A program made the translations under genes and the position numbers. 64,000 nucleotides of DNA from an uncultured delta proteobacterium. Its GTDB lineage: Bacteria > Myxococcota > B64-G9. The stretch is from the NCBI GenBank assembly GCA_963754925.1, contig CAVWHX010000003.1, positions 672,001-736,000 on the forward strand, read 5' to 3'. Below are positions 1-8,765 of the stretch, piece after piece; positions within the stretch are counted from its first letter, which is position 1, and each line of letters opens with the position of its first letter. The notes under the pieces are model-generated. The model made no database searches. It worked only from the letters and a program-made list of their open reading frames with translations, and was not told the DNA's origin.

Positions 1-523
1 ACAGGGCGCCCTTCCAGACTTCTCCCGTGGGCGGACCAATCTCCAACCATTGTCCAATTGCCGGCACCGCATAGACATCAAGCCGATAGCTGGCCGTAAC
101 CTTAGGAGCCGGCTTGTTGACCATGACGGTTATCTTGGCGCCCAGCGACGGATTATTGAGCGCAAAAACGCTCGCGTCCTGTAGCGGCGTCGGCAACTTT
201 GCTGGCTGCCAGTCTTTCTCGGTGGTGACCAACGCTATCGGAAACCCGTGGCCGCGCGCAGCTTGGACTCCCAAGGTTAACATCGCCAACCCATAGCGAA
301 CCGATTCGCTTTCGAACATTGCCTTGCTACCCAATATGATCCAGAGCGTGACATCCTCTTTCGTCAGCTCTTTTTGCGCCATGCTCCAGGCCATTTGCTG
401 CAGGTTATCCTCCCAAAAATGACCGGCAAATGCCAAGCCGTATTCCGATAGGACCTCGCTCAGTATCTTGGCTTGCGCCTGGTGATCCTTACTGAGCACC
501 GTAATACAGGCATTCTTTTTCAT
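1..523 (-). CDS. T6SS-associated hypothetical protein (partial, runs off window start)
   Basis: Not in the ORF track. Manual translation from ATG at 523 (TAATG overlap with the clpV stop) gives MKKNACITVLSKDHQ...GHFWEDNLQQMAW...YRLDVYAVPAIGQWLEIGP, open to base 1; translational coupling to clpV. Confidence 0.75.
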   Translation of the reverse strand, partial: MKKNACITVLSKDHQAQAKILSEVLSEYGLAFAGHFWEDNLQQMAWSMAQKELTKEDVTLWIILGSKAMFESESVRYGLAMLTLGVQAARGHGFPIALVTTEKDWQPAKLPTPLQDASVFALNNPSLGAKITVMVNKPAPKVTASYRLDVYAVPAIGQWLEIGPPTGEVWKGAL

Positions 524-3267
524 TATGCCTCCTGGGTTAATATAAACGCGCCAGCCTCTCCCACATCCATCTTCACCTTGGTGGGCATCCCGGCCGTTAT
601 CATATTAGAAAGGATCATACGAGAGAGCTGCGGCAGAACATTAACCGTAAGGATATGTTCAATATTACGGGCGCCGGTTTCAACCTCGGTGCAGCGCACC
701 GCGATCTGATCGACCACCGCCGGCGTAGCGGTCAAGGTGATCTTGTTGTTATCCATCAGCGTCTTTTGGAGCCACTTGATCTTTATTTCGACGATTCTCT
801 TCATCGCCTCAGGTCGAAGGCTATAGTAGGGGATAACCGCCATGCGGGCCAAGAGGGCCGGCTTGAAATGCTTTGAAAGAATTGGGCGCACCGCATTGAC
901 TACATCGTCGAGGGCCGGCGGGTTTTCAACCGAGGTCATCTCCTGAATCACATCGGTGCCGAGGTTGCTGGTCAGGATGATGATGGTATTCTTAAAGTTG
1001 ATCTCCTTGCCCTCGCCGTCGGTCAAGGTTCCTTTGTCGAAGACTTGATAAAAGAGGCTGACCACTTCCTGGTGCGCTTTTTCTATCTCATCGAGCAGCA
1101 CCACCGAGTATGGCTGCTGCCGAACCGCCTCGGTCAGCATCCCGCCCTCGCCGAAGCCAACGTACCCCGGCGGAGAGCCGATCAACCGGCTGATGGTATG
1201 GCCTTCTTGAAACTCGCTCATGTTGACGGTCACCACGTTGCGCTCGCCGCCGAACAATTGGTCAGCGACCACCAGGCCGGTTTCGGTCTTTCCTACTCCC
1301 GAAGGACCAACCAATAAAAATACTCCCAGCGGCGAGTTCGGGTTTTTAATCCCGGCTTTACTCGCGCGAATGCGTTCGGCGATGACTTCCAGCGCGTTGT
1401 CCTGACCCTTGATGCGCTCCTTGAGATGCTTTTCGAGATCGATCACGGTCTTGGCCTGATCGCGCTGCATTTTACCGACCGGTATGCCGGTCCAGCCCGC
1501 GACCACCTGCGCCAAGACATCCGGGCCGACCTCGATTTGAATGAGCGGGTTGCCGCCCTGAATGGCCGCGAGCTCCCGATCGGCCTGGTCCAGTTGTTTT
1601 CTGAGCGCCTCTTTGTCGACGGGTTTTTCTTCAACCTTGACTTCCGGCGCTTTGTCCTGAGCCTTCTTACCCGTGTTCTTTCCCCCATCTTTGCTTTCGG
1701 TTTCGCCTTTCTGCTTCGCGCCAACCTCAGCCGGCTTGGGCGTATCGGGGTGAAGCTTCTGGCGTAAATCGAGGACTTTTTCGACCTGCGATTTTTCCTT
1801 TTCCCAACGGGCTTGAATTTCCTTCGCCTCGGCGGTAATTGTATTGATCGAATTCTGGGCCGCCGTGAGCCGTTCTTCATCAATTTTGATCCCGTGCGCG
1901 CGATCCCGTTCAAGCGCGGCTTTTTCCCGCTCCAGGGCTTGGATGCTCCGCTCTTTGTCTTCCAGGACGGGCGGCTTGGCGGTGAGGTTGACCTTGACCC
2001 GAGCGCAGCCGGTATCGATCAGATCAATGGCCTTGTCCGGAAGAAAACGGCCTGAGATGTAACGGTCAGCCAATTCAGCCGCCGATTGAATGGCGTCATC
2101 GCGAATGATCACCCGATGGGACGCTTCGTACGAATTTTTGAGGCCCCGGAGAATTAGCGTCGTGGTCTCCACCGACGGCTCATCCAATTTCACCAACTGG
2201 AAGCGGCGTGCCAACGCCGGATCCTTTTCAAAGTATTTCTTGTACTCGCTCCAGGTGGTGGCCGCGCAGGTGCGGATCTCGCCGCGCGCCAAGGCCGGTT
2301 TGAGCAAATTCGCCGCATCCGAGCTTCCCGCCGATCCGCCCGCTCCCACCAGGGTGTGGGCCTCATCGATGAAGAGAATGATGGATTTTTCCGAGGCTTT
2401 GATCTCGTTGAGCACCCCTTTGAGGCGGTTCTCGAATTCCCCCTTCATGCCCGCGCCGGCTTCCAGCGCCCCGAGATCCAACCCGAGGAGCGTGGTGTTG
2501 AGCAGCATGGCCGGAACATCGCCCGCCACGATGCGCACGGCCAGTCCCTCGATCACGGCGGTCTTGCCGACACCGGGATCGCCCACCAAAATAGGGTTGT
2601 TCTTACGCCGGCGGGCCAGGATGTCCACTATCTGACGAATTTCGTTATCGCGGCCAAAAACCGCGTCTATTTTTCCGGCCCGCGCCTGAGCGGTGAAATC
2701 ATTACAGAAGCGTTCCAAAAAGCCCGCACCGGGTTTAGCGGCTTTCTCACCGGGGGTGGCCGCTAGGGCCGCTTCCTTCTCAACCAGCTGTTGTTCGCCG
2801 GAAGTCTTAAGGATGTTCCAGAATTCCTTTCTTAATACATCGGGCACGATGCTCGACAACAATTCTCCGTAACCGCCGGTCGTATACACGCGCTGCTTGT
2901 CCAAAAGCGTAAGCGTTAACGCTCCGGAGCGAACGCGCGACTCTCCCAAATCGACCGAGGACACCATCCATGCATCCTGGAACCAGTCCATCAGGTATTG
3001 GGAAAAAACAGGCTTCGAGGCATTGCCCGTTTTGGCCCCTTCCAACACGTCATTGAGCCCCCTGAGCAATCGAGAACCGTCGATTTCGAACCGCCGCAGA
3101 ATCAACGGAATGTCACCGGTCGGATCTTCGAGCGCTTTGATGAGAAAATGCTCGATGGCGACCTCGTAGTTGGTCCGCGAGACGCATAAGCCTGCCGCGT
3201 TTTGAAGGGTGCCGAGACAAAACGAATTGAGTTTGTTGAGAAGATTTTTCAAATCAACCTGTATCAT
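523..3267 (-). CDS. tssH: T6SS ClpV/TssH AAA+ ATPase
   Basis: Two AAA+ modules (GDPGVGKT, GPSGVGKT; IDEAH, LDEIEKAH), ClpV-type N-terminus MIQVDLKNLLNKLN; likely start is ATG 3267 with SD GAGGGAG rather than the track's 3396. Confidence 0.95.
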   Translation of the reverse strand: MIQVDLKNLLNKLNSFCLGTLQNAAGLCVSRTNYEVAIEHFLIKALEDPTGDIPLILRRFEIDGSRLLRGLNDVLEGAKTGNASKPVFSQYLMDWFQDAWMVSSVDLGESRVRSGALTLTLLDKQRVYTTGGYGELLSSIVPDVLRKEFWNILKTSGEQQLVEKEAALAATPGEKAAKPGAGFLERFCNDFTAQARAGKIDAVFGRDNEIRQIVDILARRRKNNPILVGDPGVGKTAVIEGLAVRIVAGDVPAMLLNTTLLGLDLGALEAGAGMKGEFENRLKGVLNEIKASEKSIILFIDEAHTLVGAGGSAGSSDAANLLKPALARGEIRTCAATTWSEYKKYFEKDPALARRFQLVKLDEPSVETTTLILRGLKNSYEASHRVIIRDDAIQSAAELADRYISGRFLPDKAIDLIDTGCARVKVNLTAKPPVLEDKERSIQALEREKAALERDRAHGIKIDEERLTAAQNSINTITAEAKEIQARWEKEKSQVEKVLDLRQKLHPDTPKPAEVGAKQKGETESKDGGKNTGKKAQDKAPEVKVEEKPVDKEALRKQLDQADRELAAIQGGNPLIQIEVGPDVLAQVVAGWTGIPVGKMQRDQAKTVIDLEKHLKERIKGQDNALEVIAERIRASKAGIKNPNSPLGVFLLVGPSGVGKTETGLVVADQLFGGERNVVTVNMSEFQEGHTISRLIGSPPGYVGFGEGGMLTEAVRQQPYSVVLLDEIEKAHQEVVSLFYQVFDKGTLTDGEGKEINFKNTIIILTSNLGTDVIQEMTSVENPPALDDVVNAVRPILSKHFKPALLARMAVIPYYSLRPEAMKRIVEIKIKWLQKTLMDNNKITLTATPAVVDQIAVRCTEVETGARNIEHILTVNVLPQLSRMILSNMITAGMPTKVKMDVGEAGAFILTQEA

Positions 3268-3310
3268 GGTCTCCCTCGCTCTGTAGCGTTCATGGCTTCC
3301 ACCCTCATCC

Positions 3311-3376
3311 AAGAGATTCTTGCCTCGCAAAGCGAGGCTTAGAATCTCTTGCCCTCTCCCCATCTTGGGAGGGGGT
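3311..3376. repeat. Double-hairpin REP-like repeat, intergenic tssG-clpV copy
   Basis: AAGAGATTCT-TGCCTCGCAAAGCGAGGCTT-AGAATCTCTT followed by CCCTCTCCC-n-GGGAGGGGG; same architecture as the 19.0 and 20.0 kb repeats. Confidence 0.7.
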
Positions 3377-3468
3377 GGCGCACGGCAAAGCCGCACGGAA
3401 GCGCCGGGTGAGGAGAGTACCTGTGCATCGATAAAACTAGCCTCCGATAGGAATGGTCGCTTTCTTAA

Positions 3469-4515
3469 TTACGCAGTAGTGGCACCTGTCGCCAGCTGAT
3501 AGTTATGCAACCACGTCGTCACACTTGCTCTCCCTCGATATTCCGGGCCAGAAAAAATCCAGCTGTCGCGGCCCAAATAACTCCACATCGCGGCACCGAG
3601 GCAGACCGTCCTCACTTCCTCTGACCTCAATACCAATTCAAACTCAACCTCCAATGGCTCGATCAAATACAGGCGGGTCAACGTCTCGACCTTTTCAAAT
3701 AACGGTGACTCGGGCTGCAAGGCATTAAACATGGCGGCATCCAGGGCATCGGCGGTAACGCGGATTTTACCCATCCGGTCATCCATCTCCACTCCCAGGT
3801 AACAATCTTCACCGATGGTCGCGTTGCGTAATCCGATATAACAGCGCAGGTCCTCTGCAATCTCAACGCGCCGTTGCACACACGGAGTCACGCTCAAAGG
3901 CTGCCACCGTAAGGCATCGGATACGAGGGTACGCAGCCCCAAAGCAGAGCGCGGATATTGGCAAAACAATCCAAGGTAGCGCAACAACTCGGGAACCGCT
4001 GACAGACCGCGTCGCAACTCGGCCGAGCCCAAGCCCAGCACACAGAAGAGCCGTTCTTTACTCGCTTCATCGAGCTCCTCGGCAACCTTGACACCCCAAC
4101 GAACCTTGCTCCATGCATAGAATAAGTGCCGATAAAACGATTCATTGAGAATATCTAAAAAATCTCGGGTTACCGATTTATCGGCCCATACCTCGGCAAA
4201 TAGATCCTCGGTGTAATGGTTGGGTAGCGGCGATGAAACCCCATAGAGACCGAGAAAGGTAGCTTCAATGCGGTAGTGCGGTGACTCCTCCCCCGCAACC
4301 TCCTTCAGGCTAAAGACATCGCACCCCGGAAATGCAAATGAAAGCTGGGGCCTGACCCTGAGCATCGTTTCAAAAAAAGACGCCTGCGCGTCCCGTTCCA
4401 CAAATCCAGAAAGGAGCCGCAACAATCTCACAACTTGGTAGAAAGAGTACTTCTCAGGTTGCCCTACCAAGTCGCTGGTTATATCAGGGGACGGTCCCCG
4501 AGCCGAGCCTTCCAT
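3469..4515 (-). CDS. tssG: T6SS baseplate TssG
   Basis: YSFYQVVRLL, FLGLYGVSSPLPNHYTEDL and RDFLDI motifs; lies between tssF and clpV. Confidence 0.93.
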   Translation of the reverse strand: MEGSARGPSPDITSDLVGQPEKYSFYQVVRLLRLLSGFVERDAQASFFETMLRVRPQLSFAFPGCDVFSLKEVAGEESPHYRIEATFLGLYGVSSPLPNHYTEDLFAEVWADKSVTRDFLDILNESFYRHLFYAWSKVRWGVKVAEELDEASKERLFCVLGLGSAELRRGLSAVPELLRYLGLFCQYPRSALGLRTLVSDALRWQPLSVTPCVQRRVEIAEDLRCYIGLRNATIGEDCYLGVEMDDRMGKIRVTADALDAAMFNALQPESPLFEKVETLTRLYLIEPLEVEFELVLRSEEVRTVCLGAAMWSYLGRDSWIFSGPEYRGRASVTTWLHNYQLATGATTA

Positions 4516-6210
4516 TCAATAATCTCTCCCCTGACCGTGTCCCGCACTTTGAGGTGCGTAAAACTGTTAATGCTCGCATAAGTTCCCAGAAAGTAGTCCA
4601 TAATCATCCCAAACAAAACCACGTCACCCCGGCTGGCAAAATGATTGGCGTTTAGTTGAAGGTTGAACTCCTGGCCGCGCATGTTGATTCCCGCAATCAA
4701 CCGGTTACCTATCTTTGCCGTAAGATCGGTGATGCCTTCGATCCGCCTTTCATTGGCCAAGATCTCGGAACGATCCCTGGTTTCGGGAAAAAGATACAGC
4801 CGAAGCAACGTCTTTAGGTTTTCGGCGTTGGCGAGCGTCAGTAGGTTGAGCGATACATGCGATAAAAATCTCCACAGCAGGTTGTGGCCCAATGGCGGCT
4901 GAATGGGAGCGGTCGGAACCCGAATGTTCTTTAAAAGTACACATGTTTGGCGACGTGCTGGTCGGTTGGCAAATGTCGCCATATTGAAGATTTATCGGTA
5001 GGGAGGCGTTGGTGCATAACAGCTCGATCGACAGCGTCTCTTTGGAAACCACCTTGGACCCCGGTGGATAGACCACCGATAACAATACTTCGGGGCGCTG
5101 ATCCGCTACCGAGACCCGTTGCTGAATAGTGTAGAGCGGGACATCCGGATCGCGTGGAGCAAAGAGCTCGAAGGCTCCATACTCTCTCCGGCGGGCGTTT
5201 CCTCCGGCGTATCCGGATACCCGATTAACCGAATAGACCTGATAGTGATTCCGGGTCGCGCCAGAAGGAACAACCGGGTATTCGGTTTGACGGTTGTCGA
5301 GGACGATTGGATCGGCGTCAAAGTTAAAAAGATTGATCGCCGGCGTGGCAAATAAGACAAAACTCTCCTTCTTGATGGGAGGGAGGTCCGGGGGCAGCTC
5401 TTCGAATACAAAAGCAACCTCAAATTCCTCGCGCTCGCCCCGGTTGGTCCAAGCCTGAAGTCCGGTGATGTCGATAAAGAGGAACTTCTCGGGTAGCGCA
5501 AAATACTCCTGGACGACCCGATATCCCGGAAAGGCATGCGATGGATAGGGAAACAATGCCTCTGCGTTGTCAAGGCCCACGGGTTTGAGGCATTCGCGGG
5601 AAAGGTTGAGCCTCGATCCTTTTTCCGCCGATATCGTAAACCTATCGACATACCGATAGAACAGATTCCAGAGCGAGGCGGCCTCGGGATACGGTCCCCC
5701 GAAATACAGCCGTATGGTGGATGGTTGCCAATTATTGAGTTGTAGGCCAATCAAATCAAAGCGAATGGTCAGAACACTGGGCTGGCCTGGCTGTTGGTTA
5801 ACGGTGGCAGCGGCAATTCTGATTGGCTGCACCCGAACGTCGAAACAGGTCTGAAAAATGCAGTTGGTTCCCTCGACCGGGACCGATGCCAGCGCCGTGC
5901 CCTTGGGGATGTGAAGATCTTTGGTCAAACCTTGCTGCGGGTTGAACGCGACAATGCTGGTCGACGGGATTGGCTGCAGGTAGTGCGGAAAAATCATCCG
6001 CATCAGACCTTGGATGACTTCGGGGAAGTCATCGTCGAGCTTTTGGTGAATCAAACCGCTCAAAAACGCCGTTCCCTCAAGCAAGCGCTCGACATCGGGG
6101 TCCTGCGAGGGTCCGCTGAGCATCGGCGCCAATGCGGGATGCGATCGGGCAAATTCGGCCGCCAACTCCCTCAACCGATTGAGCTCGCGCTGGTAGTATC
6201 CTTGGATCAT
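4479..6210 (-). CDS. tssF: T6SS baseplate TssF, split by a +1 frameshift near 4930 (about 576 aa reconstructed)
   Basis: N-part YYQREL..LRELAAEFA, DPDVERLLEG, EYFALPEKFLF; C-part WRFLSHVSLN, YASINSFTHL. Removing one base in TTTTAAAG joins CTF to KNIRVPTAP. Confidence 0.9.
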
Positions 6211-6632
6211 TATGAGTTAACCTTTATCAACCCATCGGGATCAATGGTCGTCTTAAAGGTTACGGGAACATAGCGGTCGTCTTCCGTCGCCAGTCGACAC
6301 ATGATTTGAAAATGCAGCGCCGCATCGCCTTCTTGTATTTGACTATCGATCGTAACGTCGATATCGCGAAGCCGCGGTTCGAACTTCTCAATTACCTCTT
6401 TAATGGCCACGGTGAGATCCTTCACCGATTCCGTTGAATAGTTGCCTATCAAGTTTGTAAAATCGGGCGTTCCGTAGTCGCTTGCAATGGAAGCGCTCCC
6501 CTGGCGGGAATTGAGCAACTGTTGGAGATGCCTGAGAATCGAGGTGACAACCGCGTTGATATTCACCGACCCACGGTAGTCCGGAGCCTCCTCCATCTTT
6601 CGAATTCGTTCGAGTAGACGGATGTTCGGCAT
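6210..6632 (-). CDS. tssE: T6SS baseplate TssE (gp25-like)
   Basis: LLERI, HLQQLLNSRQG, DYGTPDF and FEPRL motifs; follows tssC. Confidence 0.92.
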   Translation of the reverse strand: MPNIRLLERIRKMEEAPDYRGSVNINAVVTSILRHLQQLLNSRQGSASIASDYGTPDFTNLIGNYSTESVKDLTVAIKEVIEKFEPRLRDIDVTIDSQIQEGDAALHFQIMCRLATEDDRYVPVTFKTTIDPDGLIKVNS

Positions 6633-6657
6633 ACCTTTTTCCTATCGTGAAGCGCAC

Positions 6658-8145
6658 CTATTTCTTGTCCAATTTTCCGACCAACGATAGCGTGAACGAG
6701 GCGCCCATGTATTTAAAGTGCGGCCTGACCTTCAACGAGACACTGTACCAACCGGGCTCGCCTTCGACATCCCGCACCTCAACCGATGCCTCGCGCAAAG
6801 GTCGTTTGCTTCGCACCGCCGAAGTTGGATTCTCCTGGGCGGCGACATACTGTCCGACCCATTTGTTCAGCTCGTCTTCGAGATCGACGCGTTCTTTCCA
6901 GGTGCCAATGTTCTCCCGCTGAATGACCTTGATGTAGTGTGCGAGCCTATTGATAATCATCATGTAGGGCAACTGCAGCCCGAGTTTGTAATTGAGCTCG
7001 GCTTCCTTTCCCTCTTTGGAGGTGCCGAAGAATTTCGGCTTCTGGCACGAGTTCGCCGAGAAAAACGCCGCATTGTCGCTGCCCTTGCGCATGGTGAGCG
7101 CAATAAATCCTTCTTCGGCCAGTTCGTATTCTTTTCGCTCTGATATCAACACCTGGGTTGGGATCTTATTTTGCACCGACCCCATGGATTCATACAGGTA
7201 CAGCGGCATGTCTTCCACCGCCCCGCCGCCTTGCGGTCCGATCACGTTCGCACACCAGCGGTACTTAGCAAAGGCGTCCGTGAGCCGGGTCGCAAATGCA
7301 AACGCGGTGTTGCCCCAACAAAAGTCTTTCTCTCTGGCGCCGACCGACTCTTTATAGGCAAACGACTTCACCGGGACGGTGTCCGGACCATACGGCAATC
7401 GCAGCAAGAACTTCGGCATGGTCAATCCCACGTAGCGAGCATCCTCGGACTCGCGAAACGATTGCCACTTCGCATACCGCGGTCCCTCAAGTATGGCCTT
7501 GATGTCTTTCAGCCCCGCGAATTCCTCGAATGAATCTAGCCCGAAGAAGTCCGGGCTGGCCGCCGCGATAAAGGGCGCGTGCGCCATAGCCGCAACACTG
7601 GCGACAAAACCCAGAAGCTTCATGTCCGGCGCCCCGGGGCCAAATTCATAGTTGCCAACCATGGCTCCAAACGGTTGACCGCCGAACTGCCCATACTCCG
7701 CCGTATAGGCATGCCGGTACAATCCGCTCTGAACAATCTCCGGAGCATCCTCAAAATCACTGAGTAAATCCTGCTTGCTGACATTGACGATCGATATCTT
7801 GATGTTTTCCCTGAAATCGGTCTTGTCAACCAGGTACTTGAGCGACCGCCAGGAAGATTCGAGCTTTTGAAATTGCTCGTTGTGCAACACCTCGCTCAGT
7901 TGTGACCCGATTTTTTGGTCCAACTCGGCGATCATCAGATCGACTTCGCCCGCGGTTACCTTCCGACCCGCCTTTTCGGGTTTCAACATCTCATCCAAAA
8001 AGGCCTGCATGCCGGCCCGCGCCATTCCATAGACCCCATCGTCGGGCTTGATCCTGGTCGCCTCCATTATTTCTTCCAAAATCCCCTTCCCCCCTTCGGT
8101 GACAGCTACCGCCCCTTGTTCTTTTTCTTTCTCGGCTTCTGCCAT
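6658..8145 (-). CDS. tssC: T6SS sheath large subunit TssC/VipB
   Basis: FQKLESSWRSL, EYGQFGGQPFG, AHAPFIAA, FLLRLPYG and RPHFKYMG motifs. Confidence 0.97.
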   Translation of the reverse strand: MAEAEKEKEQGAVAVTEGGKGILEEIMEATRIKPDDGVYGMARAGMQAFLDEMLKPEKAGRKVTAGEVDLMIAELDQKIGSQLSEVLHNEQFQKLESSWRSLKYLVDKTDFRENIKISIVNVSKQDLLSDFEDAPEIVQSGLYRHAYTAEYGQFGGQPFGAMVGNYEFGPGAPDMKLLGFVASVAAMAHAPFIAAASPDFFGLDSFEEFAGLKDIKAILEGPRYAKWQSFRESEDARYVGLTMPKFLLRLPYGPDTVPVKSFAYKESVGAREKDFCWGNTAFAFATRLTDAFAKYRWCANVIGPQGGGAVEDMPLYLYESMGSVQNKIPTQVLISERKEYELAEEGFIALTMRKGSDNAAFFSANSCQKPKFFGTSKEGKEAELNYKLGLQLPYMMIINRLAHYIKVIQRENIGTWKERVDLEDELNKWVGQYVAAQENPTSAVRSKRPLREASVEVRDVEGEPGWYSVSLKVRPHFKYMGASFTLSLVGKLDKK

Positions 8146-8179
8146 GATAGCCTCCTAAAATTAGCTCAATCGATAGCGA

Positions 8180-8668
8180 TTATTTGCCTTCCTTATCCAA
8201 CCCGAGCTCCTTGAGGAGTTTCTCCCTGATGGACGTATCCGTCACCAACTCCTGCAGCTTCTTTCTAAATGCCGGTACGTTGCCCAAGGGGCCCTTCAAG
8301 GCTTTCAAGGCATCACGCAGTTCCATGAGTTTACCAAGCTCAGGTATCTGCCGCACAATCTGGTCCGGTTCAAAGTCCTTGAGGTGTGAAAACTTAAGCT
8401 TCAAGCCGAGTTCGGGATCTCCGCCCAGCTTGTTGGGAACCGAAAATTCCAGCTTCAACTTCTGGGCTTTCAATACCTCTTGGAAGTTGTCCTTATCAAC
8501 GCCGATCGGCTCGCGCTCTTCCAATGGCCTATCGTCCTGCGCTTGGGTAAAATCACCTAACACCAGCATTCGAAATGGCAGCTCCACTTCCTGCTGGGCG
8601 CCTCCTGTCGCGGGCCGGTACACAATGTTCACCCGTTCCTTCGGTGCCACGGATCCTTCTTTAGCCAT
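8180..8668 (-). CDS. tssB: T6SS sheath small subunit TssB/VipA
   Basis: EGSVAPKERVNI, ELPFRMLVLGDF, LKGPLGNVPAFRKKLQ, similar to VipA. Confidence 0.97.
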   Translation of the reverse strand: MAKEGSVAPKERVNIVYRPATGGAQQEVELPFRMLVLGDFTQAQDDRPLEEREPIGVDKDNFQEVLKAQKLKLEFSVPNKLGGDPELGLKLKFSHLKDFEPDQIVRQIPELGKLMELRDALKALKGPLGNVPAFRKKLQELVTDTSIREKLLKELGLDKEGK

Positions 8669-8765
8669 TGGTAGTTCCTCCTCTTTAGATAAACTTTCTG
8701 TTAGCGATTTTCATTTTTATGTACGTATATAATAACGGCTTGATCCAGTCATAAGCCATTTTTTA

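Noticed and set aside
3268..3396. 43-aa N-terminal extension of ClpV
   Set aside because: It overlaps the repeat hairpin; the SD and family-typical start are at 3267.
4925..4940. Programmed -1 frameshift at TTTTAAAG in tssF
   Set aside because: Restoring TssF needs a +1 shift and the heptamer is not in X XXY YYZ phase; an indel error is simpler.
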